Assembly: GCA_964016885.1 (NCBI GenBank)
Contig: CAXHJY010001091.1
Location: 1 to 33,556, forward strand
DNA: 33,556 nt
DNA from: Eledone cirrhosa
Lineage: Eukaryota
Reading direction: 5' to 3'
Made by a program: the position numbers and the translations under genes. This document shows, piece by piece, positions 1-16,864 of this stretch. The notes beneath the pieces are model-generated. The model was not told where the DNA came from, did not search any database, and saw only the letters and a program-made list of their open reading frames with translations. The stretch's first letter is position 1. Each line of letters begins with the position of its first letter.

Positions 1-2717
<2,717 letters not shown>

Positions 2718-3328
2718 GTCAGGTCACCAGGTGGTGCTACTGGTATCATGTATCCCAGTGCAACCTGTGTCATGGTCGGGTCGTTGGCGACTAAACTGGC
2801 AACCCCACCAAGGTTTCTTGGTGAGGAGGGTGACTTTGGACATCCTGCGGGACTAAAAACAAAACCTGTCAAAGGGCAAAGGAGCTCTTAAGAGTCAATG
2901 GCCATCCAAAACCACCGGGAGAGATGACCCCTTAGCCTTTGTCAAGGCAGAATTCTAGGAGAAGGAAAACTCTGATATAACACCTGCAACCCTGATGGTA
3001 TCCAATGATGTTGACTTGTTCTTCTTTTTGGTAAATATCCTCTTGATTAAGAGAGTGGGACTGGCTTTGTGCAATGCCTTTGCTCACTATAAAAGCTTCA
3101 CGGCACAGGCATTGCTTTATATCTGGAGCTCTCTCTGCACTTGTCGACATATGGTACCATGGGCCCAGCACTATGTGTCAATAATTGTCACAAGTGTAGT
3201 GTTTGTACCAGAGTTTTCAAGTCGCTGGCTGGACTAAAGAGTCACACTCGTTCAGCACATCGGTAGGAGTTCTCCTACATGGATATAAAGTAGTGGCCGT
3301 ACTCGAAAAACGAGTTGGCAGCCGCCAT
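2718..3328 (+). mobile_element. Non-autonomous RTE-derived retroelement, full-length copy 1 (~610 bp)
   Basis: Repeated at 3794, 10555, 13777, 25601 and 26109. Has the RTE 5'UTR-like motif CTAGGAGAAGGAAAACTCTGA, an RTE-type C-terminal zinc finger [26 protein letters not shown] (3186-3266), a 3' stem-loop CTCG-AAAA(A)-CGAG and a (TA/TATG)n tail. No RT. Confidence 0.85.
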
Positions 3329-3745
3329 GTATGTATATATATATGTATGTATGTATATATATATGTATGTATATATATATGTATGTATATATATATGTAT
3401 GTATATATATATGTATGTATGTATGTATATATATATGTATATATATATGTATGTATGTATATATATATGTATGTATGTATATATATATGTATATATATAT
3501 GTATGTATGTATATATATATGTATGTATATATATATGTATATATATATGTATGTATGTATATATATATGTATGTATATATATATGTATATATATATGTAT
3601 GTATGTATATATATATGTATGTATATATATATGTATGTATATATATATGTATGTATATATATATGTATGTATGTATGTATATATATATATATATGTATGT
3701 ATATGTATATATGTATGTATGTATGGATGTATGTATATATATATG

Positions 3746-3777
<32 letters not shown>

Positions 3778-3793
3778 TGTATGTATATATATA
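3329..3793. repeat. (TATG/TA)n microsatellite spacer
   Basis: Direct sequence. Confidence 0.97.
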
Positions 3794-4403
3794 GTCAGGT
3801 CACCACTTGGTGCTACTGGTAACATGTATCCCAGTACAAGCTGTCTCATGGTCGGGTAGTTGGCGACTAAACTGGCAACCCCACCAAGGTTTCTTGGTGA
3901 GGAGGGTGACTTTGGACATCCTGCAGGAATAAAAACAAAACCTGTCAAAGGGAAAAGGAGCTCTTAAGAGTCAATGGCCATCCAAAATCACCGGGAGAGA
4001 TGACCCCTTAGCCTTTGTCAAGGCAGAATTCTAGGAGAAGGAAAACTCTGATATAACACCTGCAACTCTGATGGTATCCAATGATGTTGACTTGTTCTTC
4101 TTTTTGGTAAATATCATCTTGGTTAAGAGAGTGGGACTGGCTTTGTGCAGTGCCTTTGCTCACTATAAAAGCTTCACAGCACAGGCATTGCTTTATATCT
4201 GGAGATCTCTCTGCACTTGTCATCACATGTTACCATGGGCCCAACACTATGTGTCAATAATTGTCACAAGTGTAGTGTTTGTACCAGAGTTTTCAAGTCG
4301 CCCGCTGGACTAAAAAGCCACACGCGTTCAGCGCATCGGTAGGGGTTCTCCTACATGGATATAAAGTAGTGGCCTTCCTCGAAAACGAGTTGGCAGCCAC
4401 CAT
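3794..4403 (+). mobile_element. Non-autonomous RTE-derived retroelement, full-length copy 2
   Basis: Colinear with 2718-3328 with scattered substitutions; same GTCAGGTCAC start and GGCAGCC(A/G)CCAT end. Confidence 0.85.
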
Positions 4404-6021
<1,618 letters not shown>

Positions 6022-6026
<5 letters not shown>

Positions 6027-6380
6027 CGTTTGTATATGTACACTAAAGCCAAAACAATGCAGGTATGGACATAGAATAAAGAATGCAAATGCAAAAGATA
6101 TTGTTGACAATTAGTCTTTTACCTTAGATTTATTTAAATGTCCTTAATTTTCGAGATAATATCCCTTCTTCGGGGGGAAGTAAAGCGAAGAAGAGATATT
6201 ATCTCGAAAATTAAGGACATTTAAATAAATCTAAGGTAAAAGACTAATTGTCAACAATATCTTTTGCATTTGCATTCTTTATTCTATGTTCATACCTGCA
6301 TTGTTTTGGCGCTTTTTTATACATATACAAACGTTTATACCTCATTACACAATGCTTCAAGTGAACTATAACTTCATCCT
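6022..6380 (+). mobile_element. Fold-back insert (PLE pLTR-like) with degenerate minimal hammerhead at the fold
   Basis: Inverted arms 6022-6172 and 6186-6338 with a 13-nt spacer. Each arm begins CGAAGA-A-G(A/G)GATA-T-TATCTC-GAAA-ATTA-AGG. The right arm has a ~40-nt extra tail. (TA)n on both sides. Confidence 0.65.
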
Positions 6381-7740
<1,360 letters not shown>

Positions 7741-8188
7741 GTATTTATATATGTACTAGTGAAAGTAAATGATCGACCGCGACCACGGCGGTATCGACTA
7801 ATTATAGTTTGTTAATAACTTGAATTTATAATTTTCATTCTTTTTTTTACCTCATTTTTTATTTTTAACCGTGGAATTTTATTCTAAACTGTCTATGGCT
7901 GAAACTGATATTATACTGTCTTCAGCATACTAATGACGAACTGGATGGATTCGAAATTCCATACTTATGCTTTAATGGTATACTAAATAATTAATCAGCT
8001 CCCATCCCCACCCTTGAAAAAATGGAATGGAAATGTGTTTTTTCTATTAGATGGATACATTAAATGATTCGAAAGATTAATACTATTACACACGTACACA
8101 CATACACACACACGCGTATGTATGTATATAGTCACATATATGTCTGAATTATTGTTGGCATTTTGCTTACATTAATTTCTCTATTTTC

Positions 8189-8225
<37 letters not shown>

Positions 8226-8234
8226 AGTATATAA

Positions 8235-8269
<35 letters not shown>

Positions 8270-8780
8270 AGTATATAAGTATATACAGGTAAGCGTGTAT
8301 GCGTGTTTATATTTATAAAAATAATTTTTTACGAATACATACATGCATATAGATATAGATGTACTTACTCGCAAACAATATTCTCTTTTAATGAATTACG
8401 GTTTTAGAATTTGAACATGCTGTGATAATATAATCTATTAATTAATTGTCTTTTTCGACAACACTTCTATCAAAATAACGGGCTATTCTACTGCTACGTA
8501 TTTATACTTTGAAAGGTTATACATTACAGTCATTTATATAGACTTAACGGAATCTTGGCCAGAAATACCGTAACAAGTTTGGGCCCATTTCGTTTTCGGT
8601 ATAATCCTTCCAGTAAGCTTTTCTTTCCAGATATGTATTGAAAACATGACTGTGCTCTACTTCAAGTTCAATTCTTTTAGTATAAGTTCCTTATGATGTA
8701 TAAATTTAATTGTAAAAAAATTGATAGGGTGATTAATCGGAAAGTTTTCCTTTTGATTTTCCGGGTGAAAATTTTGTATA

Positions 8781-9250
8781 ACAATAATAAGGGTTTCTTC
8801 ATTAGCCACACAGATCTCACATTAAGAAAGCAATAAAGACTACAGGACGTTATAGTGTCTGTGTGTGTGTTGGGGGGGGGGGGGGGGGGGGGTTAAATAA
8901 GGTTTACAACAGACTAAGAAAATAAACATTAAGAGGAGGATAAAGACGGCAGAGGACGATAGAGTGTGAGGGGTTTGTGTGAAAAAGAAAAATGTTTACA
9001 ACAACGACTAAAAAAAATAAACTTTAAAAAAATAAAATGTAAGAAAATCCTGAAAGGTAGGGAGGGATAGCTTTAAGGGTCACTCGTGTAGAAAGCCCGC
9101 AAAAGGTCATGATAATCTTGACCGCTTGGGCAACTTGACTCTTTCAGTTGCCCTCCTCCAATTTTCAAGCGCATAATGCTAACTAGCATAGACACAAGTT
9201 GAGATATTTTGATACTGAAAGTCATTTTCTCCGTCCAGCAAACACTATTG
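8781..9250 (-). mobile_element. Probable 3' end of L1/Tx1-like LINE (decayed)
   Basis: Shares the terminal TTTCTT(C/T)ATT(A/G)G(C/T)CACA and internal GGGTCAC(T/C)CGTG motifs with 24950-25325; (ATT)n-like tail. Confidence 0.4.
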
Positions 9251-9259
9251 CTATTTCTT

Positions 9260-9415
9260 CTAATAAAAATAGTAATGGTGCCTACTATAGCCACAAGTCC
9301 AGTAATTTGAAGGGAGGGTAAAGTCGATAAATTGACCCCTGTGAATTATTGGTACTTTATTTTATCGCCCCGTAAGGATGAAAGGCAAATCTAACCTTGG
9401 CGGGTTTTGAACTCA
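9260..9415 (-). mobile_element. 5'-truncated tRNA-derived SINE (Nin/Deu-type domain)
   Basis: Minus strand reads GAGTTCAAAACCCGCC (B-box-like) then TTTGCCTTTCATCCTTACGGGGCGATAAAATAAAGTACC; homologous to 15255 and 24755. Confidence 0.8.
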
Positions 9416-9907
9416 TCTAATAAAAATAATAATAAAAGGCAGACAAGAACGAAAATATAAAGTAATAACAATGTGTGTAACCATAATAAGAAACAATTAA
9501 AATTAATAATGATCTATTTAATTAATAACCATAATAAAATTAACAATAATAATGATTATTATCTTTATTATTATTCTAATTTGTAATCTAGCAACAATTC
9601 AACTAACAACAACACTGGCTTGCTTATATAAGGTTTGCATGCATTTAAATATATAAGGAGACTATTATATTTGTTGTATACAGTCAAACAATACAAAATG
9701 TTTTTTCTATGAAATCTCTCAAGCATTTTGTAATTTAATTTTCTTTCTTTTCTAATTCTTTGTTGTTATTGTCACATTTTTGTTAGAGTTTCATAACATT
9801 TACGTAGTTGTTGAATTTTTTTCTTGTTATTGTAGGTGAATAGAAATAACAGAGTCATTAGTACTTTACGTTGCATTATTAACCGATATATATATATGCA
9901 GATTATA

Positions 9908-10007
9908 CAAGGTGTGTCAGAAAAGTTCCCGGACTGATGTCCCAAAAGATTTATTTCAAACCCCAACTTCACACTAAGAGTTTTCTCCTTCAAAGTAATC
10001 CCCCTCG
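9908..10007. mobile_element. 100-bp mariner-derived mini element
   Basis: Matches the first ~98 nt of the mariner at 11182, ends CCCCTCG, and is flanked by TA on both sides. Confidence 0.7.
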
Positions 10008-10135
10008 TATACATGCATATATACATATTTATACTCACGCACATAATTATATGTATGTATGTATATATGTAAATAATATATACACATCTATATATGTATG
10101 TGTATATGATTGTATATATACATACGTATATTTGA

Positions 10136-10173
<38 letters not shown>

Positions 10174-10554
10174 GTGTGTGTGGGTGTATGTGTATATGAT
10201 TGTATGAATGTGTGTATATATATATATATATATGTGTGTGTGCGTATATATGCACATACAAGGGATTGTTTCAGGGGGGTACCAGGGAACAAGTCCCCTC
10301 GCCCACTTTTTCAAATGTCTATGTTTTATTTTTTGTTTATTTGATATAATAAATTCTTTTAAAGCTTAATTTTTATAACTGAACTTCATTTGAATATATA
10401 AAATTTAATTAGCGTAAAATTTTACCTATGTCCGGGAAAGGCACCATAAGCAATTTATGCTCCTTTAAGAATGAACAAATGTTGGTTTGTCCCCCTCACA
10501 TTTTTAAGGCAAACGAGGGTCCTGTGCGTATATATATGTATATATGTCTATATA

Positions 10555-11012
10555 TCAAAAGGCAAAGGGGCTCTTAAGAGTCAATAGCCATCCAAAATCA
10601 CCGGGGAGATGACCCCTTAGCCTTTGTCAAGGCAGAATTCTAGGAGAAGGAAAACTCTGATATAACACCTGCAACCCTGATGGTATCCAATGATGTTGAA
10701 TTGTTCTTCTTTTTGGTAAATATCATCTTGGTTAAGAGAGTGGGACTGGCTTTGTGCAGTGCCTTTGCTCACTATAAAAGCTTCACAGCACAGGCATTGC
10801 TTTATATCTGGAGATCTCTCTGCACTTGTCGTCACATGGTACCATGGGCCCAGCACTATGTGTCAATAATTGTCACAAGTGTAGTGTTTGTACCAGAGTT
10901 CTCAAGTCGCTGGCTGGACTAAAAAGTCACACTCGTTCAGCGCATTGGTAGGGGTTCTCCTACATGGATATAAAGTAGTGGCCGTACTCGAAAACGAGTT
11001 GGCAGCCACCAT
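10555..11012 (+). mobile_element. Non-autonomous RTE-derived element, 5'-truncated copy 3
   Basis: Colinear with 2869-3328. Confidence 0.85.
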
Positions 11013-11017
11013 ATGTC

Positions 11018-11052
<35 letters not shown>

Positions 11053-11181
11053 AGGTTTGTATGCATATTTATAGATATATATACATATACATACATATAT
11101 ATAAATAAAAATATGTGTGTGTATGTATATATATATTTATTTATATATATATTCGTATATATATATATATATATATATATA

Positions 11182-11780
11182 CGAAGTGGGTCAGAAAAGT
11201 TCCAGGACTGATGTCACAAAAGATTTATTTCAAACCCAAATTTCACACTAAGAGTTTTCTCCTTCAAAGTAATCCCCCTGGAGTCTAATGCACTTTTCCA
11301 TCCTTTTCGGCCACACTTGCATGCACTCCTGGAAGGATTCTTCCGGGATCCTCCGCAGTTCCATCGTCACGGCCTTTTTGATGTCGTCCACGTCTTCAAA
11401 ATGGGTCACCTTGATGACCCCTTGAGCATCCATGACTCATCACCGGTGATGACTGTCCCTAGCAAGTCTGGTTCGGTTTCAAGACACTCGAGGATGTCCT
11501 GGCACACTTGCATGCGTCGACCCTTCTGGTCATCGTTCAGCAGTTTTGGCACCATCTTCGCGCAGACTTTCCGCATGTCCAAATCTTCAGTAAGAATCTT
11601 CCAGACTCTGTCCCGATTCATGCCGAGCTCATTTGCTATCAGTCGAACAGTCAGCCGACGATCGCTACGCACCAACTGCTTGACGCGCTCAACGTTGACC
11701 TCAGTCCTGGTTGTTGAGGGCCTTCCGCTCCTGGGGTCATCTTCCATGTCCTCGCGTCATTCTTTAAACCTCTTGCACCA
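11182..11780 (-). mobile_element. Tc1/mariner transposon relic with internally deleted transposase
   Basis: Minus ORFs [11 protein letters not shown]...KMVPKLL...VITGDESW (HTH plus first catalytic D) joined to C-terminal HFEDVDDIKKAV...W.KRMEKCIRLQGDYFEG. The middle of the catalytic domain is missing. End: TA|CGAAGTGGGTCAGAAAAGTTCC. Confidence 0.92.
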
Positions 11781-11789
11781 CACAAAAAC

Positions 11790-11819
11790 ATATATATTTA
11801 TATATTTGTAAATATATAT

Positions 11820-11899
<80 letters not shown>

Positions 11900-11938
11900 T
11901 ATATATAATTATATACTTATATATATTATATATACATA

Positions 11939-11987
<49 letters not shown>

Positions 11988-12062
11988 TTATATATAGATA
12001 TATATAGATATATATTTAGATATATTTAGATATATATATTTATATATATCTATATATATATT

Positions 12063-12093
<31 letters not shown>

Positions 12094-12175
12094 ATTTATA
12101 TATATATATATATTTCGTTTCTGACCCTCCCAAAGTATAACAATATATATATATATTTTTATATATATATATATT

Positions 12176-12204
<29 letters not shown>
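11790..12204. repeat. (TA)n microsatellite
   Basis: Direct sequence. Confidence 0.95.
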
Positions 12205-12207
<3 letters not shown>

Positions 12208-12402
12208 GATAAATCTACCAAGAGTTTACGGTAGTGTCCAATCCGTATGGAGAACTCAATGTAGTCCGGATATCATGGAAAGAAGAGATGCAATGAAAAA
12301 TCACTTTCGGTGAAAGATAAACGAAATACAGAGTCAAGATAAAATATTAAAAAAATAATGAATAAAACAATGAAACAGTTCCTTATATTAAACAAAAAAA
12401 GT

Positions 12403-12555
12403 TCATTATTTAACGATCGTTTCTAGGATATATATGTGTTAGAATTGGCATGCATATTCAACAGATCTATGTACAAAATTATACAAAATTATACAAACTA
12501 TCAAGATTAAATATACATACCAAACACACATATATGCCGTCTTCAGAAATAATGA
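12403..12555 (-). ncRNA. Type I hammerhead ribozyme with very long stem II (minus copy)
   Basis: Stem I TCATTATTT/AAATAATGA (9 bp), core CTGAAGA, ~116-nt stem II domain, GAAA, palindromic stem III ACGATCGT, GUU triplet. The base of stem II is imperfect. Confidence 0.75.
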
Positions 12556-12703
12556 TTATTTCTGAAGACGGCATATATGTGTGTTTGGTATGTATATTTA
12601 ATCTTGATAGTTTGTATAATTTTGTATAATTTTGTACATAGATCTGTTGAATATGCATGCCAATTCTAACACATATATATCCTAGAAACGATCGTTAAAT
12701 AAT
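12555..12703 (+). ncRNA. Type I hammerhead ribozyme with very long stem II (plus copy)
   Basis: Stem I ATTATTT/AAATAAT, CTGAAGA at 12562-12568, GAAACGATCGTT at 12685-12696; predicted cut after 12696. Confidence 0.72.
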
Positions 12704-12885
12704 GAACTTTTTTTGTTTAATATAAGGAACTGTTTCATTGTTTTATTCATTATTTTTTTAATATTTTATATATATATATATATATATACATATTTATTTA
12801 TATATTTACATATATTTATATATTTATATATATTCATATATATATGTGTATATATTTATATATATATATATATATATTTATATTG

Positions 12886-12919
<34 letters not shown>

Positions 12920-12971
12920 ATATTTATATTGATATATACATATATATATTTATATATACATATATATATTT

Positions 12972-13297
12972 ATAACAGGTAGACATCATAAAAAGGTAAT
13001 TTATTCCGTGTACTTACAAGTGTTTCCACGGTGGTACTGCAGCCTAGTTCCGCTACGTAGCGGAACTAGGCTGCAGTACCACCGTGGAAACACTTGTAAG
13101 CACACGGAATAAATTACCTTTTTATGATGTCTACCTGTTATTATTCATTCTTTATATACACTCCGGAATACTGAAGGATCAGGAACTAAGTTTCTTGAAC
13201 AATTCTTCCATAACTCGTAGAGTAACCTCTTACCGTACGTCAACCATATCCAGTGTAGTAATTAACCATCACTACATCTTGGATAATCCTATACCTA
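12972..13297 (+). mobile_element. Fold-back insert with spacer-less 85-bp-arm palindrome carrying the 3' half of a hammerhead
   Basis: Palindrome 12972-13141, centre CTAC|GTAG, one mismatch. GAAAC-ACTT-GTA at 13087-13098 with GCGG/CCGT stem II. The CUGANGA box is absent. ~155-nt tail, then (TA)n. Confidence 0.6.
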
Positions 13298-13776
<479 letters not shown>

Positions 13777-13784
<8 letters not shown>

Positions 13785-14314
13785 TGCAACTCGCTCTCGC
13801 TTCATACTTAAGCATGTGCATCACTGATGTGGTATTTTAGTCCAGCTAGGGACTTGCCTATGACCAGCAATACCATGCATCGCAACAAATGTCACACATC
13901 AAGTGATGCCTGTGCTTGAAGCTTTTGTAAGTGAGGAAGGGCTTTGCATTGGGCAATTCCACTCTCTGAACATCAAATGCATTTACCCAAAAAGAAGAAA
14001 TGATCTTCATCATTGGATGCAAATGAAGTCGCAGGTTTTATACCAGAGTGACCTTCTTCCAGAGAGATGTCTTAATGATGACTAGAAATCTCTCGCTCCA
14101 CAAAAAAAAAGAGAAAAGTTTTATTGGATGCCCGTTGACTCTCCTGAGTTCCTCCGCCCTTTGACGGGTTTTGCTTTTCGTCCCACTGGGTATCCAAAAT
14201 CACCTTGCTCACCAAACAAGCTTGGTGGGGCTGTCGGTTTATTCGCCGACGACCCGACCAAGCACATGTTGTACTGGGTTACACGTTACCAGTAGCGCTG
14301 AAGATTGACCTGAC
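13777..14314 (-). mobile_element. Diverged relative of the non-autonomous RTE-derived element
   Basis: Minus strand starts GTCAGGTCA...GCTACTGGTAACGTGTAACCCAGTAC, has GGAAGAAGGTCACTCTG and GCTGGACTAAAATACCAC, and ends CGAGTTGCAGCCATCAT-(AT)n. Confidence 0.8.
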
Positions 14315-14479
14315 CCCCCCCCCTCCCCAAACCACACATATGAAAACACATCGCATGAATGTCCGAAAATCCTAACAAAAGCAGTAAGCTTAAGGGTATT
14401 AAATCAAAGATTTAATGAAGCACAAGCGCCAGTAAAGTGCAACCACTCTAAATTATTATTCTAATAAATTAAGTACTTA

Positions 14480-15255
14480 GTCCTAGATCAACAGCGATAT
14501 CAGTGTGAGATCCCTTGATGGCCAACAAATCTTTACGGATGTCATATCCATACAGAAACTTTGAGTGCAGCAGTACTCTGATCTGCTTAATCAGCTACCA
14601 AATATGAATAGATGACATTACTGCAACTGTGAAGAAGTTAAATAACAATAAATCTCTCAATATCGATGGTATCAGTTCAGAAATATTGAAAGTTGGTGTA
14701 CAAAAGATGATTGAAAAGCTTCATTCATTACTTTTGCATTGTTGGAGAGAGCAACAATTAGCAGAGGACTGGGCCGATGCTATTTTCATATCACTTTCCT
14801 TAAGCTTTATGTGGTAACTTTCGTGGCATATCTTTGTTATCCGTTGCTGGAAAAGTAATCTCGTGTAATCTTTCAGAGCGTTTTCACAAATTCACCGGGA
14901 GAGTTGACATGATTTTCACTATCAGCCAACTACAAAAAGCCTGGAATTATATGACGCTTTGTTGACCTTAACAAAGCGTTCGACACTGTTAACAGGACAG
15001 CATTGTGATTGCTATTGAAATCATTTTGCTACCCTGATAAGTTTGTGAATCTGATGAAGGCCCTCCATAAGGATGTGAAGCCCCTCTTTGATCCGTAACC
15101 TTCTATATGCAAATGATTGTGACGTTATAAGTCACACCGAGGAGGCCTTGCAAAACCTACTCAGTGATTTTGACGTTGCTTGGGATATATGTCACGTTTT
15201 GTAATTAATCTGTAATGCATCAATCTGCTCCTCGGGACTGAATTCTTTTGAATAC
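14480..15255 (+). pseudogene. Decayed RTE/BovB-type reverse transcriptase fragment
   Basis: VKKLNNNKS..IDGISSEILK; CW....EDWADA; CGNFRGISLLSVAGKV; FVDLTKAFDTVNR; YPDKFVNLMKALH; LYANDC; stops and frameshifts. Confidence 0.88.
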
Positions 15256-15440
15256 CTTGGATTGGCAGTATCGGTAGAGAGTCGGATGCCATGCTTTGCA
15301 GCAAAGAGTTACGGCCCTTTATGGTCTGAGTTCAAATCCCGCCGAGGTTAACTTTGCTTTTCATCCTTACGGGCTCGATAAAATAAAGTACTAGTGGTAC
15401 ACTGGGATAATTGCTGGCCTTGTGCCAAAAGTAGGAACAT
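15255..15440 (+). mobile_element. tRNA-derived SINE (Nin/Deu-type domain)
   Basis: A-box-like TGGCAGTATCGG, B-box-like GAGTTCAAATCCC, and TTTCATCCTTACGGGCTCGATAAAATAAAGTAC. Confidence 0.82.
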
Positions 15441-15877
15441 GTATGTTACAAGGTAATGGCAAATCGGACAAAAGGCAGCAAAATACTTTGGTTGACTAGA
15501 AATTAAAGTCTGATCACAACGTCAAATTAAATTGGCGACTAATATTTCTGTATAAGTCTCGTTTGTAATCTCCGTACTATAGTATTCATCCAAGACATGG
15601 ACGTTGTATACAGGGTATGTTAAAATGTTAGAGTAGTTACACGAAAAATGCCTCCGACGTATACTTCAATTAAGAAAGAACACATTCGTTTGCGACACTG
15701 AGATTCTGGCTAGGGAAAAAATTACACCTACTCAAGCTATACTTATTAAGAATTAGTTATGATGGACAGGTTACATGATTCGTATGGGTAACGGACGAAT
15801 CCCCAAGAAAATATTTTATGGCAAACATAGATGCAAAAACGCAGTCTTATGAGTTTTACGCTTGCGAATGAAGATAG

Positions 15878-16170
15878 TGGAGGGATGTGACCTAGTGGTA
15901 AGTGTGTAGGACTTATGATCATAATGTCGTGGGTTCGATTCCTGGAAAGGATTGTGTGTTTTGCTATTGAGCAAAACACTTCGTTTCATGTTGCTCCAAT
16001 ATACCCAGCAGAAAATGAGTAGCGGCAATAGCGGTGGGTTTAACCCTGCGATGGACTGGTATCCTGACCAAGGGAAAGTCCTGTTCTCTCAATTGCTTCA
16101 CGCCACGAAACCGGGATAAGCACCGGCCTGACGAGACTCCAAGCTTGAGATAGACTTTAGACTTAGACTG
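15878..16170 (+). mobile_element. tRNA-derived SINE, second family (V-/Meta-SINE-like central domain)
   Basis: A box TGACCTAGTGG, B box GGTTCGATTCC, then AACCCTGCGATGGACTGG...GCTTCACGCCACGAAACCGGGATAAGC; TAGACTT(T) tandem tail. Superfamily name uncertain. Confidence 0.75.
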
Positions 16171-16351
16171 AAGATAAAAGAAAACGAAAAATAAATTAAA
16201 TATATCTTTCAACACATCGAACAATGTGTCCTTCTTCAAGCAATAGCAAAGTTCGGGGAGTGAAAAAGACGTTTGAAACAACGTATCAGTTAGGATTTTT
16301 TAATTTGTTCATGTACTTCTATGTGCGTGTGTTCACGGTTGTGATATGTAT

Positions 16352-16553
16352 ATAGGAAAATAGTCAGTACACCGACGTCTGAGCTCCGGCCGTTTCGACA
16401 GATAGGTCTTAACTGTTCAGACTTAGCTGTCGAAACGGCCGGAGCTCAGCCGACGCAGTCCTGACTCTTTTCCTATTACCCACTCTACTACCCTAAATAT
16501 CGAGTGTTCTGGTGCGTTATGGTCCACCTGGTTCCTTACCACACTTCCTTCGT
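16352..16553 (+). mobile_element. Older fold-back insert with decayed hammerhead at the fold
   Basis: Imperfect palindrome 16352-16476 centred on 16414. CTGTTCA-GAC-TTAGCT-GTC-GAAAC-GGCC-GGA deviates from consensus in the core and triplet. ~75-nt tail to (TA)n. Confidence 0.5.
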
Positions 16554-16588
<35 letters not shown>

Positions 16589-16828
16589 TTGTAATTATTT
16601 ATTAAAAGGCTAGGTGTTTTTTGACTTGTACATACGCATAACGACTCATCAAATTACGCCAGAGGTAATGGTAACAGACACTTAGATACATACACAGACA
16701 CATGCATCTGTACATAAATATATATGTCTGTGTGTGTGAAAAGTCAACAAAGAAAACACAATACTGGATACTAATACCTTGCAATGACAATATATACTAG
16801 TTTAACGTGTGATACAGTCAGGAAAGCG

Positions 16829-16864
16829 TCTTAATGTTTCGGACATTAGTCCTTCAACGGAAGA
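16829..16864 (-). ncRNA. Degenerate minimal type I hammerhead
   Basis: Minus strand: TCTT-CCGTTGA-A-GGAC-TAAT-GTCC-GAAAC-ATT-AAGA. Stem I TCTT/AAGA and stem II GGAC/GTCC; two core changes, so probably inactive. Confidence 0.55.

Larger units (their letters stand above)
12205..12769 (-). mobile_element. Fold-back insert (PLE pLTR-like) with 215-bp inverted arms
   Basis: Palindrome 12339-12769 centred on G12554, with no mismatch seen. The left arm has a ~135-nt extra tail. (TA)n flanks. Confidence 0.8.

Noticed and set aside
2738-2775. Resemblance of CTACTGG...CCAGT(A/G)CAAC(A/C)TGTG to the hatchet ribozyme 5' part; partial HDV/twister-like words
   Set aside because: The required 3' elements and pseudoknots could not be fitted; kept only as an unclassified structured leader
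2932-3237. Recurrent 72-80 aa ORFs ([12 protein letters not shown]..., MLGPWYH...)
   Set aside because: They recur only because the repeat recurs and have no recognisable domain; the real coding relic is the zinc-finger frame
10259-10524. Possible hAT-like MITE (CAAGGGATTGTTT...AAACGAGGGTCCTG)
   Set aside because: TIRs are poorly matched and the putative TSD is low-complexity
15051-15085. CTGATGAAGG hammerhead-like box
   Set aside because: Lies in RTE coding sequence (NLMKALH); no GAAA, stem III or stem I
15878-15950. tRNA-like sequence
   Set aside because: SINE head with A/B boxes; the cloverleaf is not intact
16107-16160. GAAAC...CTGACGAG resembling a permuted hammerhead
   Set aside because: Part of the SINE body; no NUH triplet or closing stems in the right order
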